The notes beneath the pieces were generated by a model. The model was not told where the DNA came from. It worked only from the letters and a program-made list of their open reading frames with translations, and made no database searches. Made by a program: the position numbers and the translations under genes. Below are positions 49,008-59,333 of a stretch of 64,000 nt of DNA, one piece after another; the stretch's first letter is position 1, and each line of letters begins with the position of its first letter. This stretch comes from a virus. The DNA is taken from IMG/VR virus record IMGVR_UViG_3300009550_000008; one strand, 5' to 3'.

Positions 49008-49505
49008 ATGGCAACAATAGACGAATTTAAAGCACAACTGATTGGTGGTGGCCCAAGACCTAACCGATTCAGAGTCTTCATTCCTAGAAGTGGAAATAGG
49101 ATTGAGTTCCTATGTAAAGCTGCTGCAATACCTGCTGCTACCCTAGGTGAGATTATCGTTCCTTTTAGAGGACACAATCTTAAACTTGCTGGAGACAGAA
49201 CATTTGAAGATTGGTCAGTGACCATCATCAACGATGCTGAGTTTTCTGCAAGGTCAGGCTTAGAGGCATGGCAACAAGATATACAAGAACTAGACTCAGG
49301 TGTAGGTATGGCATCTAATGACTACCTATTGTCTAGGGCTTTTGTAGAACAGTTAGGAAAAGACGACGCAGTCCTTGCGAGATATGAATTCTTCAACATG
49401 TTCCCGAAAAACATTGCTCAGATCGAATTAAGTTACGAAACTGTAGATGCATTGGAGGAATACACTGTTGATTTCACATATTCTCACTGGGAAAGAGTCA
49501 AGTAA
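49008..49505 (+). CDS. gp19: Tail tube protein gp19
   Basis: GGGPRPNRF, AGDRTFEDW..TIIND, FP..I..IELS. Confidence 0.93.
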   Translation: MATIDEFKAQLIGGGPRPNRFRVFIPRSGNRIEFLCKAAAIPAATLGEIIVPFRGHNLKLAGDRTFEDWSVTIINDAEFSARSGLEAWQQDIQELDSGVGMASNDYLLSRAFVEQLGKDDAVLARYEFFNMFPKNIAQIELSYETVDALEEYTVDFTYSHWERVK

Positions 49506-49547
49506 TAATAGTGAAAACTACCTCCTCGCGGAGGTCTAAATAATATT

Positions 49548-51083
49548 ATGGAATTATTCGGGTTCGAAATTACTCGTAAGAAAGACGAGTTAAGAGCAAC
49601 GGAGGTAAAGAATGCAAAGTCATTCGTACCTCCAGTTGACGATGATGGCACTCCAGTCATACAACAACAGGCTGGGTACATATCAGGAGGCGCATACGGT
49701 GCCTATGTTGATATGGAAGGTGGTATCAAGAATGAGGCAGAACTCATTCGTAGATACCGTGAGACATCATTAGTACCTGAATGTGATTCGGCAATAGAAG
49801 ATATTGTCAATGAGTGTATCACATCTGATATAACAGATAGGATTGTAGCACTCGATCTCAGAGATGTTAAACTCTCTGACGGCATCAAGAACAAGATGCA
49901 AGACGAGTTTGGTCACATCTTATCCTTAATGAAGTTCAATCAGAACTCTCATGAAATATTCAGAAAGTGGTATGTTGATGGAAGAATTTACTTCCATAAG
50001 GTCGTAGACAGCAAAAGACCTAAGTTAGGTGTTGTCGACTTAAGGAACATTGACCCACTTAAAATTAAGAAGGTCAGGAATGTTGAGAAGGAAAAAGACC
50101 CTAAGACTAAAGTCGAAAGGGTTTCAAAGATCGAAGAATTTTACATGTTTAATGATAAAGGATTCGATAAGTCTTCATCAACAGATGGTAATGTTGTAAG
50201 AATTGCCCCTGAGGCAGTTACATATACTACCAGTGGATTATTAGATTACAGTAGAAATGTTGTAATCGGATATCTTCACAAAGCATTGAAGACTGCAAAT
50301 CAGTTAGCAATGATGGAGGATGCCCTTGTTATCTACAGGATTTCAAGAGCTCCCGAAAGAAGGATATTCTACATTGATGTAGGTAACCTTCCAAAGGCAA
50401 AGGCAGAACAATACCTTGCCGATGTTATGCACAAATATAGAAATAAATTAGTGTATAACGCAGAGACAGGTGAGATCAAGGATGATCGTAAACACATGTC
50501 GATGTTAGAAGACTTTTGGTTACCTAGAAGAGAAGGTGGTAGAGGAACAGAGATAACTACACTTCCAGGCGGTCAAAACCTTGCAGACATAGACGATATA
50601 GAATACTTCAAGAAGAAGTTATATCAGTCACTAAATGTGCCTGCAACGAGATTAGAAGCAGACAATGGATTTAACATGGGTCGTGCATCAGAAATCTCAA
50701 GAGACGAACTTAAATTTAATAAGTTCACAAACAGACTTCAAAAGAAGTTTGGAAGAGTTTTTACAGATATTCTTAAGACTCATTTAGTTCTTAAGGAGAT
50801 CGTAACTGGAGAAGAATTTGACAAGGTTAAAGACTTCATTCAGTATGAATTTGCAACTGACAACCACTTTACAGAGTTGAAGGAAGCAGAGATTCTAAGG
50901 GAGAGATTAGATACCCTTGGAACTATTTCTGATTATGTTGGTAAATACTATTCTAACGAATACATTAGAAAGTATGTACTAAGACAAACAGAAGAGGACA
51001 TCAAAATCATCGATGCTCAGATAAAAGATGAGGGTGCTGATGAGGAAGGTGGAGAAGATGATGATGGATTTGGAGGATTTTAA
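49548..51083 (+). CDS. gp20: Portal protein gp20
   Basis: FRKWYVDGR, MEDALVIYRISRAPERRIFYIDVGNLP, EDFWLPRREGGRGTEI. Confidence 0.97.
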   Translation: MELFGFEITRKKDELRATEVKNAKSFVPPVDDDGTPVIQQQAGYISGGAYGAYVDMEGGIKNEAELIRRYRETSLVPECDSAIEDIVNECITSDITDRIVALDLRDVKLSDGIKNKMQDEFGHILSLMKFNQNSHEIFRKWYVDGRIYFHKVVDSKRPKLGVVDLRNIDPLKIKKVRNVEKEKDPKTKVERVSKIEEFYMFNDKGFDKSSSTDGNVVRIAPEAVTYTTSGLLDYSRNVVIGYLHKALKTANQLAMMEDALVIYRISRAPERRIFYIDVGNLPKAKAEQYLADVMHKYRNKLVYNAETGEIKDDRKHMSMLEDFWLPRREGGRGTEITTLPGGQNLADIDDIEYFKKKLYQSLNVPATRLEADNGFNMGRASEISRDELKFNKFTNRLQKKFGRVFTDILKTHLVLKEIVTGEEFDKVKDFIQYEFATDNHFTELKEAEILRERLDTLGTISDYVGKYYSNEYIRKYVLRQTEEDIKIIDAQIKDEGADEEGGEDDDGFGGF

Positions 51084-51085
51084 CC

Positions 51086-51259
51086 ATGAGTGATGCAAGA
51101 AAGATTGTTGACGAAATAGAAGCAGGTAAACTTGAACAAGCCAAACAAAGTGTATTTGATGGTATCAAGAACAAAGCTGCAGAAACAGTTGACATGAAAA
51201 GAGTTGAAAAGTCAGTGAACTGGATGGGTGATAACTCAGAAGGTGAAGTAGAGAAGTGA
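51086..51259 (+). CDS. Small prohead core protein (gp67-like position, 57 aa)
   Basis: Own translation MSDARKIVDEIEAGKLEQAKQSVFDGIKNKAAETVDMKRVEKSVNW...; directly after gp20. Confidence 0.65.
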   Translation: MSDARKIVDEIEAGKLEQAKQSVFDGIKNKAAETVDMKRVEKSVNWMGDNSEGEVEK

Positions 51260-51555
51260 AAACATTCTCCGATGTAGCTCAGGAACTTCACGAGGCAAAG
51301 TTTAATTGTCCCGAAGGTCATGAGGTCATCAAAAGGGAAAAGCTAATATTCGGTGAAGAAACTATAAATATAATATACACCGAATGTGAAGAAGGAATAA
51401 CTGTATTTCTAAACGGACAAGATATACAAGAAACTTTTTCAGATGAGGAGTCCCTAAAAATTGGTATGCAGTCAGTGAAGAAAATGTTAAAAGACATGTC
51501 CGAAGAAGGTATATCAATAGAGGAATTAGTAAATGAAATTAATATCGGAATTTAA
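51256..51555 (+). CDS. Hypothetical prohead-region protein (99 aa, GTG start)
   Basis: GTGA overlap; MKTFSDVAQELHE N-terminus resembles a capsid-targeting sequence. Confidence 0.6.
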   Translation: MKTFSDVAQELHEAKFNCPEGHEVIKREKLIFGEETINIIYTECEEGITVFLNGQDIQETFSDEESLKIGMQSVKKMLKDMSEEGISIEELVNEINIGI

Positions 51556-52186
51556 CGACTACAGTGTAAGCCCCGTAATAGTAGAGGGTAAAGAAGATGG
51601 TAAGAAAGATTACTTCATCGAAGGTATCTTTATGCAATCCGAAATTAAAAATCGTAACGGTAGGATATACCCTAAAGAAGTTATACAGAAAGAAGTAAAA
51701 AGGTATAACAAAGAATTCGTAGAACAAGATCGTGCATTCGGTGAGTTAGGACACCCCGAAGGGCCAACGATTAATTTAGACAAAGTGTCTCACATGATTA
51801 CCAAACTAGAAGAAGACGGTAACAATTTCGTGGGACGAGCAAAGATTTTATCAACACCAAACGGACAGATAGTTAAAAACTTGATTGATGATGGTGCAAA
51901 GCTAGGTGTTTCTTCAAGGGGACTAGGTTCACTAGAATCCAAAGGAAACGCACAGTATGTTAAAGACGATTTTCAACTTGCAACAGCAGGTGATATCGTA
52001 GCAGACCCTTCTGCTCCTGAAGCATTTGTAAATGGTATAATGGAAGGAACAGAGTGGGTATATGAGAGTGGTATCTTGAAAGCAAGAGATATAGAAGAAA
52101 TGCAGTCGGAAATGAGGACTGCTAGACTAAATCAACTTGAAGAAACCAAATTGAAACTATGGAAAAGGTTCGTTGGGAACCTATAA
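51533..52186 (+). CDS. gp21: Prohead protease gp21
   Basis: IEGIFMQ...NRNGR.YP, GELGHP, LGVSSRGLGS, D.VADPSAP.A. Confidence 0.95.
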   Translation: MKLISEFNDYSVSPVIVEGKEDGKKDYFIEGIFMQSEIKNRNGRIYPKEVIQKEVKRYNKEFVEQDRAFGELGHPEGPTINLDKVSHMITKLEEDGNNFVGRAKILSTPNGQIVKNLIDDGAKLGVSSRGLGSLESKGNAQYVKDDFQLATAGDIVADPSAPEAFVNGIMEGTEWVYESGILKARDIEEMQSEMRTARLNQLEETKLKLWKRFVGNL

Positions 52187-52188
52187 CA

Positions 52189-52196
52189 TATAAATA
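52189..52196 (+). promoter_or_regulatory. T4-type late promoter TATAAATA
   Basis: Perfect consensus upstream of gp22/gp23. Confidence 0.8.
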
Positions 52197-52225
52197 AAAA
52201 AGTAATCTTTAAACAGGAGAAATTT

Positions 52226-53596
52226 ATGTCAGATTTAGAAAACCAAGTAGAGAACACCTCTGAGGTTTCTTCTATCGTGGAAGAACCTACAAAAGGTGCC
52301 GAAAAAGGTGACAAATCTGCTCACAAGCAAGGTTCCAGCTCTGAGGAAAAAATAGAATCAGGAAAAGCTGAAGTCGTCAAACCCGAAGAAAATCCTGTTG
52401 ACAAGGCTGTTGCAGCTGCAAAGAAAGCAGCGGATGGTACTAAACCAGTATCAGACGATGTGAATAAAGGTGCAGAAAAAGGTGACAGCAAAGCAGAAAA
52501 AATTAAAGAAGATGAAGATTCCACAGAAGAGGCTATCGTTGAAAAGGGTGCGTCTAAAATGGAACTTATCAAGGCTGCAGTCGACAGTATGAAAGGTCTG
52601 AACAAAGAAGAGTTGAACAAAATGTTCGCTTCATTGTCAGAAGACGAGGTCGATGAATCCTTGACTAAAGCAGAAGTTGCTAGAAATATTGTAGAAGCGT
52701 TAAAGGCGTTATCTTTAGAAGAAGTCGCAAAACTCGTTAAAGAAATGGGTTATGAGGACGAAGAAGAAGATGAAGATGATGACGAGGACGAGGATAATGA
52801 CGAGAAAGAAGAATCCGTCAAAGAATCAGCTGCAGTAGAATCTTCATTAGTCGAGATAGAAATAGATGACGACCTATCAAAAATCTCAGAATCGCTTGAA
52901 CTATCAGAAGAAAATGCTGAGAAAGCAAGAACTATCTTTAAGGCTGCAATCAACTCAAAAGTTGAAGAAGCAAAAGCAGAACTTGAAGAGCATTATCAAA
53001 CAGAATTAAAATCCCAAGTAGAAACTGTTAAGGAAGAATTAACTTCTTCTGTAGACAAGTATCTAACATATTGTGCTGAAGAGTGGACGAAAGAAAACGA
53101 ACTTGCAATAGAAAGGGGTTTGAGATCAGAAATGACTGAAAACTTCATCGCAGGACTTAAGACATTGTTCGTAGAACATTATGTCGAAGTACCCGAAGAT
53201 AAGTACGATGTTATGGACGAACTCGCAAATCGTCTTGATGAGATGGAAGCAAAACTTGATTCAGAAGTATCCAAGAATATGGAAATTTCAGAAGAGTTAG
53301 GCAGTCTTAAAAGACAAAATGTTGTGACAAAGGCATGTGAAGACTTGTCTGAATCACAAACAGAGAAAATGGTTTCATTATCAAACGGTGTAGACTTCAC
53401 AGACGAAGCAGATTTCGAAGAGAAAGTTGCAGAAATCAAAGAAGCATACTTCGGTGTAGATAGTGAAAACATTGCTGAAGAAACAATCAGTGAAGAAGGA
53501 ACAGGAGATTTCGAAGTTGAAAAAGCAGAGAAAGTTCTAGACCCTTCAATCGCTAGATATTCAGAGGCATTAACTAAACTAAAACCATTAGGTTAA
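52226..53596 (+). CDS. gp22: Prohead scaffold protein gp22
   Basis: Acidic coiled coil; VDKYL.Y..EEW..ENELAIERG..SE..E.F..GLK.LF.EHY. Confidence 0.92.
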   Translation: MSDLENQVENTSEVSSIVEEPTKGAEKGDKSAHKQGSSSEEKIESGKAEVVKPEENPVDKAVAAAKKAADGTKPVSDDVNKGAEKGDSKAEKIKEDEDSTEEAIVEKGASKMELIKAAVDSMKGLNKEELNKMFASLSEDEVDESLTKAEVARNIVEALKALSLEEVAKLVKEMGYEDEEEDEDDDEDEDNDEKEESVKESAAVESSLVEIEIDDDLSKISESLELSEENAEKARTIFKAAINSKVEEAKAELEEHYQTELKSQVETVKEELTSSVDKYLTYCAEEWTKENELAIERGLRSEMTENFIAGLKTLFVEHYVEVPEDKYDVMDELANRLDEMEAKLDSEVSKNMEISEELGSLKRQNVVTKACEDLSESQTEKMVSLSNGVDFTDEADFEEKVAEIKEAYFGVDSENIAEETISEEGTGDFEVEKAEKVLDPSIARYSEALTKLKPLG

Positions 53597-53614
53597 TTTA
53601 AGGGGTATAAACTC

Positions 53615-54919
53615 ATGTTTTTATCAGAAAACTTACAAGAGAAGTGGGAGCCAATTCTAGAGCACTCCGATCTACCAAAGATCGAAGACAACTACAAGAA
53701 AGCTGTCACTGCAGTAATACTCGAAAACCAAGAGAAAGCACTAAACGAAGATAGAGCTGCTCTTGAGGAAGCTGCACCTTTAAACTCTACTGGTAGCGGA
53801 ATCTCCAACTGGGATCCAATTTTGATCTCATTAGTGAGACGAGCTATGCCAAATCTCGTTGCATACGACATTTGCGGTGTTCAACCAATGACAGGCCCTA
53901 CAGGTCTTATCTTTGCTATGAAAGCAAGATACAATGACTACCCAACTGAAACTAGACTCAACAATAGTGAAGCACTATTCGGTGAAGCTAGATCAGACTA
54001 CTCAGGTAGTGCAGACCCTACAGCAGGCCCAGTGGGTTCAGACCCAATCGGTGACCCATTCGATACTTCTTCACCTTCTTATGCATCAACTACTGGTGCT
54101 GGAATGGCAACTGCATCTGCAGAAAGCCTAGGTGATGCAGCGGGTAACCATTTTGCACAGATGTCTTTCACAATTGAGAAAGCAACTGTTACTGCAAAGT
54201 CAAGAGCACTCAAAGCAGAGTACACTTTAGAATTAGCACAAGACCTCAAAGCAATCCACGGTCTTGATGCAGAATCAGAACTTGCAAATATTTTGTCAAG
54301 TGAGATTCTTGCTGAAATCAACAGAGAAGTTGTCAGAAATGTCAACCTTCAAGCCAAAACTGGTGCAGCTGACACAGCTAGTGCTGGTACATTCAACTTA
54401 GATGTTGATGCAAACGGTAGATGGTCTGTTGAGAAATTCAAAGGTCTATTGTTCCAAATCGAAAGAGAAGCAAACACAATAGCACAAGAAACAAGAAGAG
54501 GAAAAGGTAACTTTATCCTTTGTTCTAGTGATGTTGCATCTGCTCTTTCAATGGCTGGTGTATTGGATTACACACCTGCGTTAAACACTGACATCAATGT
54601 TGATGATACTGGTAATACTTTTGCTGGTGTTCTTAACGGAAGAGTTAAAGTGTACATCGACCCATATGCTGGTGTTGATTACATGACTGTCGGTTACAGA
54701 GGGTCTAACCCTTATGACGCTGGTATGTTCTATTGCCCATATGTTCCACTTCAAATGGTGAGAGCAGTTGGCGAGAATACTTTCCAACCAAAAATCGGAT
54801 TCAAAACTAGATACGGAATGGTATCTAACCCATTCGTAGGTTCTACACCTTCTGATGGTCTTGCATCTGCTGGAACAAACTTCTACTACAGAAAAATGGC
54901 AGTGTCCAACATTCTGTAA
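53615..54919 (+). CDS. gp23: Major capsid protein gp23
   Basis: LISLVRRAMPNLVAYDICGVQPMTGPTGLIFAM, ELAQDLKAIHGLDAE, FQPKIGFKTRYG. Confidence 0.98.
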   Translation: MFLSENLQEKWEPILEHSDLPKIEDNYKKAVTAVILENQEKALNEDRAALEEAAPLNSTGSGISNWDPILISLVRRAMPNLVAYDICGVQPMTGPTGLIFAMKARYNDYPTETRLNNSEALFGEARSDYSGSADPTAGPVGSDPIGDPFDTSSPSYASTTGAGMATASAESLGDAAGNHFAQMSFTIEKATVTAKSRALKAEYTLELAQDLKAIHGLDAESELANILSSEILAEINREVVRNVNLQAKTGAADTASAGTFNLDVDANGRWSVEKFKGLLFQIEREANTIAQETRRGKGNFILCSSDVASALSMAGVLDYTPALNTDINVDDTGNTFAGVLNGRVKVYIDPYAGVDYMTVGYRGSNPYDAGMFYCPYVPLQMVRAVGENTFQPKIGFKTRYGMVSNPFVGSTPSDGLASAGTNFYYRKMAVSNIL

Positions 54920-54937
54920 ACGAATTTCGTTTCGATT

Positions 54938-54966
54938 AAAAAGGTCTCTTCGGAGACCTTTTTTTT
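54938..54966 (+). terminator. Rho-independent terminator with UUCG loop after gp23
   Basis: AAAAAGGTCTC-TTCG-GAGACC-T8. Confidence 0.92.
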
Positions 54967-55013
54967 AGCACTAAATATAAGGTCATTACACACATACACA
55001 CAGGAGGTAAAAA

Positions 55014-55232
55014 ATGGCAAATCAACAAAAATCAGGGTTCGAAATCCGAGCCGAACTACTATCACAAGCACAATGTCTCTTAGAAGGAAACATCTACAGA
55101 AACAATGACGCTGTTGCAACTCACAATGACAACTTCCCAAACGATAGAAAACCATTAGGTGACCAATTCGTTTCTACGGAAAGTGTTATTGCAACTGCAA
55201 GACAACTTAATGAGTTTGTGAACGAGAAGTAA
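55014..55232 (+). CDS. Conserved small hypothetical protein (72 aa)
   Basis: GGAGGT SD; KSGFEIRAELL...VIATARQLNEFV. Confidence 0.75.
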   Translation: MANQQKSGFEIRAELLSQAQCLLEGNIYRNNDAVATHNDNFPNDRKPLGDQFVSTESVIATARQLNEFVNEK

Positions 55233-55237
55233 CATTT

Positions 55238-55259
55238 TTGGGGAACTTCGGTTCCCCAA
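55238..55259 (+). other. UUCG hairpin without a U-tract
   Basis: TTGGGGAAC-TTCG-GTTCCCCAA. Confidence 0.7.
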
Positions 55260-55275
55260 TTCAATAAATAGTAAT

Positions 55276-55497
55276 ATGAAAGAATTTGATAAAAAAATAA
55301 CAATCAGTGAAGGCCCATTTGAGAGAATTGCATTTCCAAGTGGTGTTGAAACACACGATGTATTAAGTCGTAAAATTACCACATCCTATATCCAAGACGG
55401 TTATCTTTGTGAACAAACTGTACTAAGAGAATATAGACCTGATGGTGACTACCACGATCAATCCACATCCAAGAGGATAATTAAAGTTAATGGCTGA
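55276..55497 (+). CDS. Hypothetical protein (73 aa)
   Basis: ORF track; AATAAATA 5 nt upstream; overlaps the gp3 start. Confidence 0.65.
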   Translation: MKEFDKKITISEGPFERIAFPSGVETHDVLSRKITTSYIQDGYLCEQTVLREYRPDGDYHDQSTSKRIIKVNG

Positions 55498-56032
55498 CCC
55501 AATAATCAATAAGTCTCTTTTAGGTAAGAATAATTTTAGACTTCTTATCGACAAAGTACCTACTGTAGAGTTCTTTGTGAAGACTGTAAACATCCCAGGC
55601 GTGCAATTCACTGAAACTGTTGCACCTGCTGGAATCGGTTTAGATGCATTCTTCCCAGGCGATAAGGTTTCTTTCGATACTCTCAGTATCGGTTTCTTAG
55701 TAGATGAAGACCTAGGAAACTTTAAAGAGATATTTGATTGGATGGATTCTATTGTTCCAGTATCAGACCCAAATGCATATGCAGCTTATGTTCAGTCAGT
55801 CAAGACTGCAACTGGTACTTCATCTGCAATTGATAATGATATGAATCAATACTCAGACATAACTCTTATTACAAACACTAATAAAAACATACCTAATAAA
55901 TTCTTTAGGTTCCATGATGCATTCCCTATATCACTAAGTGGGATTGAGATGGAATCAGGGGCAGACGGTGAACCCGTAATTGCAACTGTAGAATTTAGGT
56001 TCACATACTACGAAATAAAATCCACTTCCTAA
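55490..56032 (+). CDS. gp3: Tail completion / tube terminator gp3
   Basis: P.VEFF...VNIPG, F.VDEDL.N..EI..W, F.DAFP.SLS, F.FTYY. Confidence 0.88.
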   Translation: MADPIINKSLLGKNNFRLLIDKVPTVEFFVKTVNIPGVQFTETVAPAGIGLDAFFPGDKVSFDTLSIGFLVDEDLGNFKEIFDWMDSIVPVSDPNAYAAYVQSVKTATGTSSAIDNDMNQYSDITLITNTNKNIPNKFFRFHDAFPISLSGIEMESGADGEPVIATVEFRFTYYEIKSTS

Positions 56033-56054
56033 AGTACCATAAATATGGTATAAT
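56026..56054 (+). promoter_or_regulatory. Sigma70-type promoter (TTCCTA-17-TATAAT, extended -10) overlapping a CATAAATA late site upstream of uvsY
   Basis: TGGTATAAT 56046-54; CATAAATA 56038-45. Confidence 0.55.
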
Positions 56055-56063
56055 AGGTATATT

Positions 56064-56507
56064 ATGACTCTCGATGAATTAAAAGCAGAGTGGAAAAAGG
56101 ATTGTGAAATTGATGATATCGAACTAGATAAATCATCATTAGAAGTTCCTAGACTCCACGCAAAATACTCAGACCTCTTAACTGATGCAGTAATCAGGCA
56201 TAAGAACATCCAACTTAAATACTCCATGCTATTGAAAGATAAATGGTTGTGGTTTAATGGTAAGATGGATGAAGGTCGTATCAAAGAATTAGGATGGGAT
56301 GATGACCCATTTGACGGTCTAAAGATCATGAAGAATGATATGCAAATATTCTTCAATGCAGATCAAGACTTACAAAAGTTAAACGCACAAACTGAGTATG
56401 CACAGATAACAATTGATTTCTTAAAAAGATGTATGGAAAACATTACATGGAGACATCAAACTATCAAGAATACAATCGACTGGCGTAAGTTCATGGCGGG
56501 TTCATAA
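56064..56507 (+). CDS. uvsY: Recombination mediator UvsY
   Basis: W.KD..ID..ELD..SL..P.LHAKY, R...IKN.IDWRKF.AG. Confidence 0.9.
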   Translation: MTLDELKAEWKKDCEIDDIELDKSSLEVPRLHAKYSDLLTDAVIRHKNIQLKYSMLLKDKWLWFNGKMDEGRIKELGWDDDPFDGLKIMKNDMQIFFNADQDLQKLNAQTEYAQITIDFLKRCMENITWRHQTIKNTIDWRKFMAGS

Positions 56508-56593
56508 TGGATTGGTATATGTTAATGAACTTTGCAGTAGTGATATTAATTTCATATTGGATAGGCCGTTGGGATGGTAAGAGGAAGTCATAA
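56507..56593 (+). CDS. 28-aa single-TM microprotein
   Basis: MDWYMLMNFAVVILISYWIGRWDGKRKS; TAATG overlaps at both ends. Confidence 0.6.
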   Translation: MDWYMLMNFAVVILISYWIGRWDGKRKS

Positions 56594-57282
56594 TGGTTTA
56601 TAATAATTACTGTTGTGTTCTATCTGAATTTCTTAATCCTACTGAGGTAGAATACCTTCACGGATATGCAAGGAGTCTTCCTATACAGGAAGGTAGACTT
56701 GGATTTGATGGTAAAGATTCTGATTCTCAGAAAGCAAGAGAAGGTAATTCAGGTAATGTAGATAATAGTGTTAGACAATCTACTAACAAGTGGATATATC
56801 ATGATGACCCTAAATTCTCAGTAGATTTAAAACAAAAGATATTTGATGGTATGATGCAAGCTAATCAAATGAGTGGATGGAACTACGAGGTCGATCATAT
56901 GGAAAACTGGCAGTACACTGTATATGACCATCAACCTGATAGACCTACTGGAGATTTCTATACATGGCATACTGATTGTGGTTCTGAACCATATTCATGG
57001 GGTAAAATAAGAAAACTATCTGCATCAATTCAATTATCAGCTCCTGATGAATATGAGGGTGGTCATTTTCAATGGATAGAAACAACAAAAGTATTTGACA
57101 ATCTCAAAAAACGAGAAGATGTAATCAGACAAGATGAATTAATTTGCTCTGCACCTATGAGTGGTAGAGAGTTAGGTTCACTACTTGTATTTCCTTCTTG
57201 GTTACATCACCAAGTCACACCCGTGACAAGAGGAACTAGGAAGTCCTTAGTAGTATGGAATACAGGATGGCCTCTGAAATAA
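56593..57282 (+). CDS. 2OG-Fe(II) oxygenase (PKHD/P4H-like)
   Basis: WHTD, RKLSASIQLS...YEGG, FPSW..HQVTPVTRGTRKSLVVW. Confidence 0.9.
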   Translation: MVYNNYCCVLSEFLNPTEVEYLHGYARSLPIQEGRLGFDGKDSDSQKAREGNSGNVDNSVRQSTNKWIYHDDPKFSVDLKQKIFDGMMQANQMSGWNYEVDHMENWQYTVYDHQPDRPTGDFYTWHTDCGSEPYSWGKIRKLSASIQLSAPDEYEGGHFQWIETTKVFDNLKKREDVIRQDELICSAPMSGRELGSLLVFPSWLHHQVTPVTRGTRKSLVVWNTGWPLK

Positions 57283-58688
57283 CCCTCAAGAAGGTCGATG
57301 AGGTCTTCATGCAAGTTCAATGTGACGATGGTCTCTCTAGAGACTTGTTCGATTTCTTTTCGTTCACCGTTCCAAATGCAAAGTTCATGCCCTCAGTTAA
57401 GAATAGATACTGGGATGGTAAGGTTCGTCTGTTCTCAATCAAAACAAATAAAATTTATATTGGATTACTTCCATATGTAGATGAGTTCTGTAGAGAAAGA
57501 GGATATGATATTGTAGGTATAAACGATATCATAGGAGAGAAAGAAAGACAGCCTGATGAGAACTTCATACAAGAACTAGGATTACCTTTTGAACCTAGAG
57601 ACTATCAAATGGATGCATTCAGAACTGCAGTCCAATATGGTAGACAACTTTTACTTTCACCAACTGCAAGTGGTAAATCATTAATCATTTATTTACTTGC
57701 ACGATACTATAACAAAAAAACGATCATCATTGTTCCTACAACTTCACTTGTAGAACAGATGGCAAAGGATTTTAAAGACTATGGATACGATAAAGAGATA
57801 TGCAAAATATATGGTGGTCAGCCTGTATTCGATTCTGACATTACGATATCAACATGGCAGAGTTTTAGTAAAGCACCTAAAGATGTCATGCAATCATTCG
57901 AAGTCGTATTCGGAGACGAAGCCCACCTCTTCAAAGCAAATGTCCTCAAAGGAATCCTCGAAAAAATGAAAAAGACTGCAATCCGTTTTGGAACTACTGG
58001 AACACTAGATGGTTCTGAATGTCATAGATTGCAATTAGAAGGAATGTTCGGCCCAGTCAAAAAGGTCATAAGCACAAAAGAGTTAATGGATGAAGGAACA
58101 ATTGCAAATTTAAATATCGATTGTGTCATACTTCGTCATACCAAACAAAAGAAAATGACCTACCAAGAAGAGATGGATTACCTTGTTTCTAACGATGCAA
58201 GAAACTTATTCCTTGTTAATCTTGTTAGAAGCTTGAAAGGTAATACACTGGTGTTGTTTCAATATGTAGAAAAACATGGTACAGTATTATTTGATATGAT
58301 GTCTCATACGGACATGGGTGGTAACCTACATTATGTGTATGGTGGAACAGATACAGAAGATAGAGAACATGTTAGAGAGATTGTAGAGAATAATAAAGAG
58401 GATACTATTCTTGCATCATACGGAACATTCTCTACTGGAGTAAACATAAAAAGAATCGATAACATTGTCTTTGCAAGTCCATCTAAATCTAGAATACGAA
58501 ATCTACAATCAATTGGTAGAGGCCTTCGTAAGGTAGATGGTAAAGATTCCATGAGACTATTCGATATTGCTGATGATCTTCAATGTGATAACTACACTCT
58601 AAATCACCTGAAAGATCGTATAAATATATACAACGAAGAGAGATTTTCATATGAAATTAAGCAGTTCGAATTAAATGACAAGCCCTAA
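57267..58688 (+). CDS. uvsW: UvsW DNA helicase
   Basis: PRDYQ, SPTASGKS, DEAH, GTTGT, FSTGVNI, LQSIGRGLR. Confidence 0.95.
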   Translation: MASEITLKKVDEVFMQVQCDDGLSRDLFDFFSFTVPNAKFMPSVKNRYWDGKVRLFSIKTNKIYIGLLPYVDEFCRERGYDIVGINDIIGEKERQPDENFIQELGLPFEPRDYQMDAFRTAVQYGRQLLLSPTASGKSLIIYLLARYYNKKTIIIVPTTSLVEQMAKDFKDYGYDKEICKIYGGQPVFDSDITISTWQSFSKAPKDVMQSFEVVFGDEAHLFKANVLKGILEKMKKTAIRFGTTGTLDGSECHRLQLEGMFGPVKKVISTKELMDEGTIANLNIDCVILRHTKQKKMTYQEEMDYLVSNDARNLFLVNLVRSLKGNTLVLFQYVEKHGTVLFDMMSHTDMGGNLHYVYGGTDTEDREHVREIVENNKEDTILASYGTFSTGVNIKRIDNIVFASPSKSRIRNLQSIGRGLRKVDGKDSMRLFDIADDLQCDNYTLNHLKDRINIYNEERFSYEIKQFELNDKP

Positions 58689-59202
58689 GGATATTATCCC
58701 ACAAAAATATGAAGTTCTGAAACTTAGAAGTGGTTCAGAGGTTGTAGGTATGACAAGAGATACCCATGATGGAATAGTGATTACTCTTCCTATGATCTGT
58801 AGGTTAGAGACAATCAATCCCGAAGGTAGTCATACCCTTGCAACATTCTATCCTTATGCACCATTGTCTGCAGACCCAACAGTCCAAATTCCAAATGATA
58901 TGATTGCACATAGAAGTAGTCTTAATGAACAGTTCGTTCCTTTCTATGATGAAGCTTCTGCAAGATGGTTCGACATGGTTGAAAATAAATCTATTCCTCT
59001 AACAGGTAATAGAAAAGAAATTCGTAGAGCATACCTCGATAGAATAGTTAATGACCTCATGTCTGCAACTGGTGGCCCAATCACTGAAAGGGAAGAGAGG
59101 ATGTTAGAAAGACTCGAAGAAGAAGAATGGGATGAGTTAGATGAAACTATGGCAGACTTCGAACATGCAATCCCACCCACCGACAAAAAGAAAATCCATT
59201 AG
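58675..59202 (+). CDS. Hypothetical protein (Sm-like N-terminus) between uvsW and gp55
   Basis: VLKLRSGSEVVG pattern; C-terminal KKIH. Confidence 0.6.
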   Translation: MTSPKDIIPQKYEVLKLRSGSEVVGMTRDTHDGIVITLPMICRLETINPEGSHTLATFYPYAPLSADPTVQIPNDMIAHRSSLNEQFVPFYDEASARWFDMVENKSIPLTGNRKEIRRAYLDRIVNDLMSATGGPITEREERMLERLEEEEWDELDETMADFEHAIPPTDKKKIH

Positions 59203-59333
59203 TCTCAAATAATTTTCACTTTATCTCAAAAAGCCTTTCCATAAGTTTAGCGAATGCATATATACTATCGAATAAATTTGAGTTATATAAGTTTATTCAT
59301 GTGTATTATAATTTAATTTTAGGAAAAACCACT

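Noticed and set aside
52750-52953. Poly-Ser ORF on the minus strand
   Set aside because: Antisense of the Asp/Glu tract of scaffold gp22.
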